64,000 nucleotides of DNA. Source: a virus. Taxonomy: Duplodnaviria; Caudoviricetes. Each line of letters opens with the position of its first letter. The stretch's first letter is position 1. Of this stretch, positions 8,721-18,045 are shown one piece after another. Position numbers and translations under genes: made by a program. The notes under the pieces are model-generated. The model did not search any database, was not told where the DNA came from, and was given only the letters and a program-made list of their open reading frames with translations. The DNA lies in IMG/VR virus record IMGVR_UViG_3300044623_001154, positions 1 through 64,000 of that record; one strand, 5' to 3'.

Positions 8721-8839
8721 ATCCTTTTGAGAAAGCGTATATCCTAAAAAACATATACTAACTTTTTTTCTGAAAAACCAAAAAAATATTTTTAAAAAAT
8801 TTTTGGAAAATTTTAAGGAATTACCTATCTTTATACTCT

Positions 8840-9178
8840 ATGACAAATCGGGCGATTGATACATACGTAAAAGACTTTTTAACTTACCGACATAAGGATT
8901 GGTATTGGGTTATTAATCCTGACACTAAAGAGTGGTTGGTTAGTGTGGGTAAAACGGGATATACATTTTTCAATAGTGAGTTTTGGCTTACCTTTTCAAA
9001 GTTCTATCCTGTGAAGGATTTAACTAAGACAATACAGGATTGGGTCATATATAAATTGGATGCTCCAATAAGTGAACATTGTTACCCTGATTATGTAAGT
9101 GGGGACTATGATTGGAGGAATGAATTTGATATTATGGAAATTACTGAGGTTATTCACGAAGGTAAGGTATTTATCTAA
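8840..9178 (+). CDS. Hypothetical protein, W-x-x-E paralog family
   Basis: Similar to the 3648 N-terminal domain (W.INP.TKEW..., I.DWV...L). Confidence 0.7.
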   Translation: MTNRAIDTYVKDFLTYRHKDWYWVINPDTKEWLVSVGKTGYTFFNSEFWLTFSKFYPVKDLTKTIQDWVIYKLDAPISEHCYPDYVSGDYDWRNEFDIMEITEVIHEGKVFI

Positions 9179-9179
9179 T

Positions 9180-9470
9180 ATGAAAGTGATAATAACAGAA
9201 AATCAAATCCCCTTAGTGATACGTTACTTTAAAACTGAGGTCCTTAAACAAATGGAGGTTTCTAACCCATGTTATTATAATGACCATTTTGATTTTGACA
9301 AATACAAACGAGATATTATACATTCCTCAATTAATGAGGTTGTGGGTCATATGGGTATTGACGAAAGGATGTTCTCCACATTCAAAGGTCAATTGTTAAA
9401 TGAGTTGGGTGGTGTGATTAGAAGACACTATAATAAATTCATTAAGGAGAACTGTCGTCCAAGGTGGTAA
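9180..9470 (+). CDS. MK-x-I-I-T-E leader protein
   Basis: MKVIITENQ at ATG 9180 after GTATTTAT; related to 14198. Confidence 0.7.
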   Translation: MKVIITENQIPLVIRYFKTEVLKQMEVSNPCYYNDHFDFDKYKRDIIHSSINEVVGHMGIDERMFSTFKGQLLNELGGVIRRHYNKFIKENCRPRW

Positions 9471-9535
9471 CATATCAAAAAAATATTTTTAAAAAATTTT
9501 CAGAAAATCGGAGTATTTATAATTAAAATTATATT

Positions 9536-9937
9536 ATGGATAATTTAAATAAATACAAAAACAGATTTCATACATTAATGGAATCGACAATCGGCTATGT
9601 TAAACCATTAATTAGTGAGCAAAATTTTAAAGATGAATTAATAAAGCAGGGTTATAATGATATAACCTCTTGGTTTTTAAGTGATGTGGGAGTTGTTTAT
9701 ATACCTGACGGTAAATATGTTGGCGAAGGAACCCAAGATTATGTACATATTAAAACCCCCCAAGGAATTGATACGGGTTATGTATTATTTTGGGAGGAAC
9801 CGATGGAATTAACTAGAGGTGGCGGTATTGAAATTTTAATTGAAAGTAAGGGCGCAGTTATTAGAGTTGCGGGTAAGTTTAACTCATTAATGTTGAATGA
9901 AACCAAATTAAATAGTAGTGGATTAAAAACAAATTAA
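9536..9937 (+). CDS. Leader-variant protein (RF..L.E..IG..KPLISEQ)
   Basis: N-terminal segment shared with the duplicated segment of the 18999 protein. Confidence 0.7.
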   Translation: MDNLNKYKNRFHTLMESTIGYVKPLISEQNFKDELIKQGYNDITSWFLSDVGVVYIPDGKYVGEGTQDYVHIKTPQGIDTGYVLFWEEPMELTRGGGIEILIESKGAVIRVAGKFNSLMLNETKLNSSGLKTN

Positions 9938-10121
9938 TTTAATGGTACTTTTTAATTTGGGGGAAATCAGGACCCCCCTATAAACGGGGGACATGTCTAC
10001 TGAATAAACATATAAGGGGGACATGTTTAAATTTCCTGTAAAAATCGACATATATAAAAAGGGGGTAATAGTGAAAAAAAATTTCTGGAAAAATTTTGAG
10101 TAAAATGGGGTATTTATATAT

Positions 10122-10487
10122 ATGAAAGTTATATTAAATGAAAGTAGATTCGAATCTGTGTTTTCGGAATTGTTGAAGAAAGAAAAACTTAACATAGACA
10201 TTAGTTGGTATGGTAGTGATATGAGTAGTCAAGGTGAATTGATTATAAAAGGGTTGGTTAAATTTAGTCAGGGAGATACACCGAGAAATATAGAACTTAT
10301 TGGATATTCACAAGGTCATATATTTTCATATATAAAAAAAGGGGATGAATTAATATTGAGAAAGATATCACCTAATATAGAACATTATTTTGAACGTGTT
10401 GCTTTGTTTAATATATTCCCCCCCGAAAAGGTGTTAGACTATCTTGATAACTTGGTTAAGGAATATTTATATAATGAATTAAAATAA
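10122..10487 (+). CDS. MK-x-I-L-N-E leader protein
   Basis: MKVILNESRF; TATTTATA upstream. Confidence 0.7.
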   Translation: MKVILNESRFESVFSELLKKEKLNIDISWYGSDMSSQGELIIKGLVKFSQGDTPRNIELIGYSQGHIFSYIKKGDELILRKISPNIEHYFERVALFNIFPPEKVLDYLDNLVKEYLYNELK

Positions 10488-10492
10488 TACAT

Positions 10493-10519
10493 AACCCCTC
10501 TTCAACGGAGGGGTTTTTT
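10493..10519 (+). terminator. Intrinsic terminator (repeated near 12484)
   Basis: AACCCCTC-TTCAACG-GAGGGGTT-TTTT. Confidence 0.8.
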
Positions 10520-10529
10520 GTTTTAGATA

Positions 10530-10538
10530 ATATTTATA
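10530..10538 (+). promoter_or_regulatory. Phage-specific (putative late) promoter motif ATATTTATA
   Basis: TATTTAT shortly upstream of most leader-bearing genes (e.g. 9169, 9514, 10111, 11425, 12523, 13091, 15250, 16068, 18976, 20207, 24031, 30489, 32128, 57282; minus strand 44091, 59243). Confidence 0.7.
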
Positions 10539-10551
10539 ATAAAAAGTATAT

Positions 10552-11049
10552 ATGAAAAAAGTGATAAGATTAACAGAATCCGATTTGATGAGGATTGTTA
10601 AACGAGTTATTAAAGAGAGTGATGGTGAGGTTAAAAAAACTGACGCTAAGACAAATCAATATTGGAACCAATTAAAACCTAGATTAAAAGCCTTAGGTTT
10701 TAATTCTAAAGTAGACCATATTGTAAATGAACGTAGTTATTTTAACATAGGTGGATACCCTAGTGTTGATTTTTATAGCGAAGTAATGACACACCCATCA
10801 GGAATTGTTATTACATATCCTGCAGATATGATGGATTATACAGGTGATTATTACCCTAATTTTGTGGAAATCAATGGTTCTAAAAATTGGAATCAATCAT
10901 CACATTTACCTACGTTTGTAGACGGGTCAAGTCCTTGTATTGGTTCTATAATACAAAGTGAGCCTGATTCAGGAAAAGGTTTTAAGGTGTCCTGTGGTGA
11001 TTACATTGTTAAAGTTGTAACTAAAGCAATTAATGACACAAAGAAATAA
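10552..11049 (+). CDS. MKKVIRLTESDL leader protein
   Basis: Near-identical first ~25 codons to 12545, 14482, 18507. Confidence 0.8.
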   Translation: MKKVIRLTESDLMRIVKRVIKESDGEVKKTDAKTNQYWNQLKPRLKALGFNSKVDHIVNERSYFNIGGYPSVDFYSEVMTHPSGIVITYPADMMDYTGDYYPNFVEINGSKNWNQSSHLPTFVDGSSPCIGSIIQSEPDSGKGFKVSCGDYIVKVVTKAINDTKK

Positions 11050-11060
11050 GATTAACTGAA

Positions 11061-11087
11061 ACCCACCTCATCAGGTGGGGTTTTTTA
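11061..11087 (+). terminator. Intrinsic terminator CCACCTCATCAGGTGG (repeated near 15676 and 18941)
   Basis: Same hairpin plus T-run in three places. Confidence 0.8.
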
Positions 11088-11132
11088 TTTGACCTCATCA
11101 TTTAATTTCTATATAATTAAATAAAAAAGATT

Positions 11133-11423
11133 ATGAGAGATTATGATGTTAATGAAACTGTGGAACAACCTGTTGAAATGAGAGGTTATGATAGAGAACC
11201 TGAAATGGAGTTGAAACAAGATTACAAACCTAAGAAACAGGAATTACTTAAAGAATACGAGATACGTCTTCGTTTTTTAAGTGTTGGGTGTGTTGTTAGT
11301 GTTGGATGTAAGGAGATTCCTTTTAGAAATGTAAAGGAAGCTATGGATGAACTTAACAAGTATGTTGAGAATCCATATGAGGTAGGAAAGAAATGGCATG
11401 AGTTATTTAATAGTGAGGACTGA
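11133..11423 (+). CDS. Hypothetical protein
   Basis: 96-aa ORF, GCVVSVGCK motif. Confidence 0.7.
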   Translation: MRDYDVNETVEQPVEMRGYDREPEMELKQDYKPKKQELLKEYEIRLRFLSVGCVVSVGCKEIPFRNVKEAMDELNKYVENPYEVGKKWHELFNSED

Positions 11424-11444
11424 TATTTATTATTAAAAATATAT

Positions 11445-11837
11445 ATGAAAAAGTTTATTATTACGGAAGACGATAAGAATCATATAAAGGGTTTATATGG
11501 GAGAATATTATCTGAGGGTTTTGAAGGTCAAGTTGAGGACTTGGATAATTGGATTGAAAATCATCATGATTACATCAGTCAGCATTCTTTAGAAGAAAAG
11601 ATATCAGAGTTGTTTGATGGGGCGCTTGGTGATGTTGATTCACACGTTCACACTGAAAATGACGCAGGTGGTGACGAGTATGGTGAGAATTGGGGTAGAA
11701 AGTTAATTACAATAACAAACAATGGTGAACCCTTAATTAAAATTTGGGTAACTAATGATTATGTATATGACTACGGTAAAAACTCTATTGAGTTTGACGA
11801 AAGGTTTAAATTTAATCAGGACGCATTATATTCATAA
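11445..11837 (+). CDS. MKKFIITE leader protein, acidic
   Basis: MKKFIITEDDKNHIKGLYG.ILSE. Confidence 0.75.
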   Translation: MKKFIITEDDKNHIKGLYGRILSEGFEGQVEDLDNWIENHHDYISQHSLEEKISELFDGALGDVDSHVHTENDAGGDEYGENWGRKLITITNNGEPLIKIWVTNDYVYDYGKNSIEFDERFKFNQDALYS

Positions 11838-11965
11838 TCCCCCAACTACCGAATAATCCTCGGTAGTTTAATAATCCCTCGCCAATGATAGTATCGTTGG
11901 TTTGACCCCATCTTTTATAAGTGGGGTTTTTTTATTTAATGGGATATTTATCATTAAAACAAACT

Positions 11966-12454
11966 ATGAAAAAATTTATAATCACCGAACAAGATAAGAA
12001 TTCCATTTTAGGTATGTATGGTGTCATATCCGAACAAGCCCCAACAACAACTTATTATCTTGGGACTAACAAAAACGCAAAATTTACAGTTATTAGTGCT
12101 AAGGATATACCTGGTGGTAAAGAATTAACCTTAACTTTACAGTCACTATGTCGTTTTCTTGATAAAGAAGGTCAATTAGAGATGAATGCTAATTACTCAA
12201 CGCTAACAGGAAAACTAACATACACCAGTTCAAATGGGTTGGTTAAATTAACAATTTTACCTACCAACACGAATCCTGAGATGGTCAAGACTCTAAATTA
12301 CGCATTTGATTTTATGTTTAACGATATAGTTACAACAGGTGTTAGTATTGACGAAAAAAACTTTTTTTACGATACCACTTTAGTTGCAAGACTTAAAAAT
12401 ATTAAAACACCAACTACACCTGTTGGTGGAGTATCACAAAAACCAATGGGTTAA
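11966..12454 (+). CDS. MKKFIITE leader protein
   Basis: MKKFIITEQDKNSILGMYGVISEQ at ATG 11966. Confidence 0.75.
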   Translation: MKKFIITEQDKNSILGMYGVISEQAPTTTYYLGTNKNAKFTVISAKDIPGGKELTLTLQSLCRFLDKEGQLEMNANYSTLTGKLTYTSSNGLVKLTILPTNTNPEMVKTLNYAFDFMFNDIVTTGVSIDEKNFFYDTTLVARLKNIKTPTTPVGGVSQKPMG

Positions 12455-12544
12455 AATATAGGACTTAGTAATATAATATAGTGAACCCCTTCTTCAACGG
12501 AGGGGTTTTTTATTTTACAAAGTATTTATTAAAAAAAGATTTTT

Positions 12545-12868
12545 ATGAAGAAAGTAATAAGATTAACAGAATCAGATTTGATGAGAATAGTTAAAAGAGT
12601 TATATTAGAACAATCAGTAAATTGTGACAATGACTTTAATAAAATTGAAAACTCGTTAGAATATAAATACCACCAAAAGGGCGGGATATTTTCTAAACTT
12701 AACCAAAATGATAAAGGTATGAATGAATATGTTTGTTTAAAAGACCATAAGGGTTATATTAAAAAAATCATACCTACAATCACAAATGAAAATTTAAAAT
12801 GTGTTCAGAATAAAATGGTTAATTGGTGTAAATCTGAAGGTTATAATACAGGTAATCAGATATCTTAA
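12545..12868 (+). CDS. MKKVIRLTESDL leader protein, Cys-containing
   Basis: Conserved leader ending ILEQ. Confidence 0.8.
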   Translation: MKKVIRLTESDLMRIVKRVILEQSVNCDNDFNKIENSLEYKYHQKGGIFSKLNQNDKGMNEYVCLKDHKGYIKKIIPTITNENLKCVQNKMVNWCKSEGYNTGNQIS

Positions 12869-13111
12869 CATTATTGAGTTTGATGAAAGGTTTAAATTTA
12901 ATCAGGACGCATTATATTCATAATCCCCCAACTACCGATTAATTCTCGGTAGTTTAATTCCCCCATCTTTTATAGGTGGGGTCTCTTTATTTGGTAGAAA
13001 ATAGGATAAAAAAGATAAAATTTCGTTCACCGTGTCCGACCTTCGGTCGTGTTTTTCTTGGTCCCCCCGCCGCGATTTAATATTTGAATATATTTATAAT
13101 TAAACGTATAT

Positions 13112-13387
13112 ATGAAAAATAGAATAAGATTAACTGAGGGTGACTTGATTAGATTAGTTAAACGTGTCATTAATGAAAACCACGAAGAAAATTCATTATA
13201 TAAAGAAATTAAAAGTGTTATAAGAAATTCTATTTCACCATCTGAAGAGAGGGTTAATATTTTACGAATGATTGCCGATGAAATTGAATCAGGGGCATCA
13301 CAAAGAAAAGAAACTGCCATAAGATGGGACAAAGATAAAGAACGGTCAAGAAAAAGGGGTGGTTTAGACCCTAATAATCAATTTTAA
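13112..13387 (+). CDS. IRLTE leader protein
   Basis: MKNRIRLTEGDLIRLVKRVINE. Confidence 0.75.
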   Translation: MKNRIRLTEGDLIRLVKRVINENHEENSLYKEIKSVIRNSISPSEERVNILRMIADEIESGASQRKETAIRWDKDKERSRKRGGLDPNNQF

Positions 13388-13836
13388 TGAATAAGGAAAC
13401 AACAATAGAAGACCCATCGGTATTGAACGTTATTAAAAAGTTTACGAACAAAATGATTAATCAATACATGAAGATGTATACAGGTATTAATACTGATTTT
13501 AAATTTGATTTAGAATTAATTGATGTAACTAGTAGAAATGGTATGGAAAGAGTTAGTGATTCGGTTAGACGTGAATACGATTATGTTTTATTGCTGGAAC
13601 CTAATCAGGTTATACCTGGTAAAATATATGTTAATGAGGAAACCCCATTTTATCATAAAGATGATGTAAGAGCTCAATATATGAAAAATCCGTATGAAAT
13701 TGGTTTTTATGAGTTCACTGAGTTATTGAGGGAGGATTTAAAAATGTTGGGGATTGATTTGGACCGTACTTCGTTTGGTCGAACTTATATAAAGTGTCCT
13801 GTTGATTGGGGTTTAAGTTTAAATTATAAAGAATGA
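13387..13836 (+). CDS. Hypothetical protein
   Basis: Coupled ORF. Confidence 0.7.
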   Translation: MNKETTIEDPSVLNVIKKFTNKMINQYMKMYTGINTDFKFDLELIDVTSRNGMERVSDSVRREYDYVLLLEPNQVIPGKIYVNEETPFYHKDDVRAQYMKNPYEIGFYEFTELLREDLKMLGIDLDRTSFGRTYIKCPVDWGLSLNYKE

Positions 13837-14201
13837 AAATATTAATTAATGAAAGTGATTTAAGAAATCTATTGGTAAATAGATTGGGGATTGATTTAAC
13901 GGGTAAGGTTAAAATCTTAACCAGTGTTTATCATATTCCTAGGGTATTTGATGAATTCATGAGTAGTCATATGGCTAGAGTTTGGATGAAAAACTATGGA
14001 CCGATGTATCTAATTAAATTACCTGATGAGACATTAATATATCAGAAACAGGTTAAGTTTAGGGATAAGATATTAGTTAATTCTGAAGGTGAATCATATC
14101 AGGAACAAGAAGTATTGGATAAGTTAGGTGTTCCCCCGATTGGGTTAACCCTTACTGATATTGTGGATACATTTGGTGAAGAAATGGATATGGGTTTATG
14201 A
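13833..14201 (+). CDS. Leader protein, LGIDLTG/YGPMY/LGIPP.G family
   Basis: Paralog of 17307 and of the C-half of 16532. Confidence 0.8.
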   Translation: MKILINESDLRNLLVNRLGIDLTGKVKILTSVYHIPRVFDEFMSSHMARVWMKNYGPMYLIKLPDETLIYQKQVKFRDKILVNSEGESYQEQEVLDKLGVPPIGLTLTDIVDTFGEEMDMGL

Positions 14202-14473
14202 AGGTAATAATAACGGAAGAACAACTTAGCGTTTATGTCAGACGAAGATATCATTGTATGAAGGATTATCTTGATAAGTTAGCGAGTGGTGAAGAGAGAT
14301 TATTTATTCCCCCTGGTGATTTTGAGTGGAGTTCCTATCAGGTGGTATTTACCGCGGTTCTTAGACTTAATTGTGATGATAAATATAATGGTTTATATAG
14401 TCAAGATATTCATAATGAAGTTATGGAACTGTTTGGTGACGACATGTTTAAAATTTATAAAGAAAATAAGTAA
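14198..14473 (+). CDS. MKVIITE leader protein
   Basis: MKVIITEEQL. Confidence 0.75.
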   Translation: MKVIITEEQLSVYVRRRYHCMKDYLDKLASGEERLFIPPGDFEWSSYQVVFTAVLRLNCDDKYNGLYSQDIHNEVMELFGDDMFKIYKENK

Positions 14474-14481
14474 AAGTACAT

Positions 14482-15210
14482 ATGAAAAAAGTAATAAGAT
14501 TAACAGAATCCGATTTGATGAGGATTGTTAAAAGAGTGATTAAAGAGAGTGATGGGGAAGATAATTTTGAAACGTTAATCAATTTAGGGTTTGATAATAT
14601 GTTTGCGTTTTATTTGACGATGGTTGAAGGTAACGGTACTTGGACAGAACTCTTCAATACGTATAATAAAGAAATATCGGAATTATTTTTTTATAATGAT
14701 TATTGGAGATTTATACATTTTGTTTTAGCTTCTAAGGAATATAGTTCATACACACTTAACCTTAAACAACCTGAACTACCAAAGTTAAGTGTCGATGATT
14801 TAGATAATTTCACTGACGCTGATTGGGACGAATTTAATAAAAAAAGTGATGAATATCATAAACCAAAACGAAAATCATATATGATGGATTTTTATCCTAA
14901 TTGGGATGGGACTCATTCACAAATGATAGATATCTTAATTAACTACTTTTTTGATGGTGATAAGAAGGAATGGATAAATGAATATGGTTCTTATTTAATT
15001 AATCATCGAATAATTGATGATGTTCACGGTGACACCCCAATGATATATGAGTATCATATTTATCTTGCATTACGTCAATATAGAGGTGATTTTTATAAAA
15101 TGGAAGATGAAATTGAAGAGAATTTCGGTAAATCTTTAGACGATATTCTTTATGAGTATCAGCCATTTAATGTTGATAACATTAATGACTTATATAATTT
15201 ATTAAAATAA
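14482..15210 (+). CDS. MKKVIRLTESDL leader protein, acidic/aromatic
   Basis: Conserved leader; body weakly related to 18507. Confidence 0.8.
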   Translation: MKKVIRLTESDLMRIVKRVIKESDGEDNFETLINLGFDNMFAFYLTMVEGNGTWTELFNTYNKEISELFFYNDYWRFIHFVLASKEYSSYTLNLKQPELPKLSVDDLDNFTDADWDEFNKKSDEYHKPKRKSYMMDFYPNWDGTHSQMIDILINYFFDGDKKEWINEYGSYLINHRIIDDVHGDTPMIYEYHIYLALRQYRGDFYKMEDEIEENFGKSLDDILYEYQPFNVDNINDLYNLLK

Positions 15211-15270
15211 TTTAAACCCTCTTAAACGGAGGGTTTATTTATTTAGATATATTTATAATTAAAAGTATAT

Positions 15271-15654
15271 ATGAAAAAGGTTATAAGATTAACAGAATCT
15301 CAACTTATTAAAACTTTAAAAAAAATCATAAAAGAATCTGAGTTAAATGAGCTTGGTCAAGGTGATTTTTCGGATATTGAAGAAATTGATTGTGTTGACC
15401 CAATTGGTAAATTACACGTGGGGATTACGACTATGTCAAAAAGGAGTAATTATCGTAGTGGATTTGATTTTATCGTTGTTTATTATAACAACAAAAAGAC
15501 AAATGAAAAAATTGTATATGGTTTCGGACCAGAAGTAACAGATGATATGTTTGATAAAAAAGATTATGAGGGTACCCCTATAATTTGTCGTATAGCTGAA
15601 AGAACGTTGATGGATTTTTCTGAACAATATAATGAAAAAGAAGTAAACTTTTAG
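15271..15654 (+). CDS. MKKVIRLTES leader protein
   Basis: Conserved leader. Confidence 0.8.
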   Translation: MKKVIRLTESQLIKTLKKIIKESELNELGQGDFSDIEEIDCVDPIGKLHVGITTMSKRSNYRSGFDFIVVYYNNKKTNEKIVYGFGPEVTDDMFDKKDYEGTPIICRIAERTLMDFSEQYNEKEVNF

Positions 15655-15729
15655 AATTAATAAGTTTTATTAACGCCCACCTCATCAGGTGGTTTTTTTT
15701 TGTAAATTTGTTTCATTAAATCATGTGTA

Positions 15730-16041
15730 ATGGAAAAGATTGTTAATAAGTTTTTGGATGGTTACGTTGGGGATAAGGTAGACTGTCGATTAGTTCATAC
15801 ATCTAAAGCGTTTTGGTATAAGTTAAAAGGTAAATCAGGTGTTGGTTTTTACACTATTCGTGTTAGTAAGAAACATGGGGGTTATATTGTGTTTAAGGAC
15901 CAGAATTTATGTAACATGGTTGCTAGTATATTTGACATTTCAACTGAAGATTCGGGTAATTTAATCAGTAAATGGTTTCAGGAAACTTTTAATATTGTTA
16001 AGTTTTCCGATTTATCTCAATTTATGGATAAAAAAGGGTAG
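15730..16041 (+). CDS. Hypothetical protein, W-F-x-E family
   Basis: LISKWFQETFNI. Confidence 0.7.
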   Translation: MEKIVNKFLDGYVGDKVDCRLVHTSKAFWYKLKGKSGVGFYTIRVSKKHGGYIVFKDQNLCNMVASIFDISTEDSGNLISKWFQETFNIVKFSDLSQFMDKKG

Positions 16042-16079
16042 TATCTTTTAATTTCTCCCACCTCGTTATATTTATTGTT

Positions 16080-16535
16080 ATGAAATTAATACTGACAGAA
16101 TCACAATATCGTGGGATGTTAAAACAGATTAAGGATTATGAGGAAAAATTGTCCTTCATGAAACAGAATTTGTCAACATCTGTTAAAGCTGATATTTTCA
16201 ATCATTTATTTGACAAATATACAGGTGAAAAAAGCATATACGGAATTAATCCTGAAGAATCGTTTCAAATTGAGTTAGATGGTTTAAGAAATGTGTTGGG
16301 AGGTCGACCTAGGATATTAGTATGGGTTGACGTTATTAACGGTTATGTGAGAGCTATGATAACAATTGGGGGTATTCGTGGTGGTGGTGATGACAAGATG
16401 ACAACAATTAAATGGTTGTTTGAGGATGAAAATGGTGAGGAAACCTTTTATTCAAAACTTGATAAGGGGATTCAAACTAGAATGAGCCAAAAGTATCAGG
16501 ATAAAATGATTGAGAAGTACAATAGTAGACAATGA
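16080..16535 (+). CDS. MKLILTE leader protein
   Basis: MKLILTESQY. Confidence 0.75.
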   Translation: MKLILTESQYRGMLKQIKDYEEKLSFMKQNLSTSVKADIFNHLFDKYTGEKSIYGINPEESFQIELDGLRNVLGGRPRILVWVDVINGYVRAMITIGGIRGGGDDKMTTIKWLFEDENGEETFYSKLDKGIQTRMSQKYQDKMIEKYNSRQ

Positions 16536-17305
16536 AAGTCGTAATAACTAAAAAACAATATAAGGACGCTGCGTATAAATTCCTGACAACATTTTTGGGT
16601 GAGTTAAGATATGATGAAAATGAATATTCTACATCCGTTTATGGTAAGAATGATTCAATTGATGATAATGCTCCTATGACAATATGGAGGGGACCTCAAA
16701 GGGGTAAAGGATGTAAAAAAGATTTAACCTTGTATTACGATTTTTCACATCAATTGGACCTATTTTTTCCGTTAACAAGGAAAAAGATTTTCTCGGATGT
16801 TTTGGTTAAATATGTTTACGATAAGACAGGTATTAAATGTGACTGTGTTGATTATAGTTATGATTTTGACCTTAGTGGTGAAAAAAGTCAACAATATAGG
16901 TATAATGTTAAGAAAAAAAAGAAAACTACAATTCGTGAAAACTTTTTAACTGAAGCCAATCTTAAAAATTTATTGATTAATAAATTGGGTGTTGATTTAA
17001 CAGGTAAAATTCATATGGTAACTAATTCATACGAATTACCATTTGAATTTAATGAACGTATAATTACCCCACAAACACTTCGATTATATCTGAATAAATA
17101 TGGTCCTATGTATGTTATTGAGATTGGTAGTCAAATATATTTATATCAATATCAACAATTAACAAATGAAGTTCGTAAGATGATTGTTGATACAAACGAT
17201 AGAACATATTCTGAGGACCAAATATTAAATAAACTAGGTATTCCCCCAATGGGTCTAACACTTGATGATATTGTGGATACATTTGTTGAAGAAGGGGAGG
17301 AATAA
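16532..17305 (+). CDS. Two-domain leader protein joined at IRENFLTE
   Basis: C-half is a full copy of the 13833/17307 family starting at an internal LTE. Confidence 0.8.
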   Translation: MKVVITKKQYKDAAYKFLTTFLGELRYDENEYSTSVYGKNDSIDDNAPMTIWRGPQRGKGCKKDLTLYYDFSHQLDLFFPLTRKKIFSDVLVKYVYDKTGIKCDCVDYSYDFDLSGEKSQQYRYNVKKKKKTTIRENFLTEANLKNLLINKLGVDLTGKIHMVTNSYELPFEFNERIITPQTLRLYLNKYGPMYVIEIGSQIYLYQYQQLTNEVRKMIVDTNDRTYSEDQILNKLGIPPMGLTLDDIVDTFVEEGEE

Positions 17306-17306
17306 T

Positions 17307-17678
17307 ATGAAAGTAATAATAACTGAAGCTAGTCTTAAAAATTTATTGGTTAATAAATTGGGTATTGATTTAACGGGTCAGGTTGAAACTATTAAATATG
17401 TTCATCAGTTACCTAAAAAGTATTTTGACTTTATTGGTCCAAAGAAGATTAATGATTGGTTGAATATGTATGGTCCGATGTATCTATTTAGATTACCATA
17501 TAGAAATTTTTTATATCAGAGTCAATCAAACACTTGGACGGAAAGTCATTCAGGTTTACTATTAAGTTATAATGGTAAAACATATACTGATGCTGAATTC
17601 TTGGAACTCTTAGGTATTCCCCCAATGGGAATAACTATTCAAGATATCATTGATACATTTGTTAAAGAAGAAGATTGA
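17307..17678 (+). CDS. Leader protein, LGIDLTG family
   Basis: MKVIITEASLKNLLVNKLGIDLTG. Confidence 0.8.
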   Translation: MKVIITEASLKNLLVNKLGIDLTGQVETIKYVHQLPKKYFDFIGPKKINDWLNMYGPMYLFRLPYRNFLYQSQSNTWTESHSGLLLSYNGKTYTDAEFLELLGIPPMGITIQDIIDTFVKEED

Positions 17679-17679
17679 T

Positions 17680-18042
17680 ATGAAAGTAATAATAAGTGAA
17701 TCCAAATATGAGGAAGGTATTTTAAATTATTTAAAAGCCAATTATTACCCTGATTATAATTGGGGTCCCGAACTACATAGTTTTTATAAAGAAGAGGTGG
17801 CGAAATATGGTGGTATTGATTTTTATATTAATGACCAGGTTGGTTATGAATATAGACGTGGATTAAATGTCAGTGTTTTACATCTTTATTTTAGAGTAAC
17901 TCAACCCCTGTATAACTTGTTTGGTTTTAAATGGGTTCCAATATTTAAAACGTGGTTTGAAGAGAACACTGGTCTTAAAGTTAATGAGGTAAGTTTTGTT
18001 GATAATGAAGATTATTCTTCGATGAAAAATATTGAATTTTAA
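17680..18042 (+). CDS. Leader protein, W-F-x-E family
   Basis: MKVIISESKY ... FKTWFEENTGLKV. Confidence 0.75.
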   Translation: MKVIISESKYEEGILNYLKANYYPDYNWGPELHSFYKEEVAKYGGIDFYINDQVGYEYRRGLNVSVLHLYFRVTQPLYNLFGFKWVPIFKTWFEENTGLKVNEVSFVDNEDYSSMKNIEF

Positions 18043-18045
18043 AAT

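Larger units (their letters stand above)
11787..12958 (+). repeat. ~85-bp direct repeat (11787-11871 and 12873-12958): 3' end of the 11445 gene plus AACTACCGA..TCGGTAGTT hairpin
   Basis: Near-identical copies; the second is a non-coding remnant after the 12545 gene. Confidence 0.85.

Noticed and set aside
8529-8747. 72-aa Pro-rich ORF
   Set aside because: By-product of the C-run tract; composition unlike real genes here.
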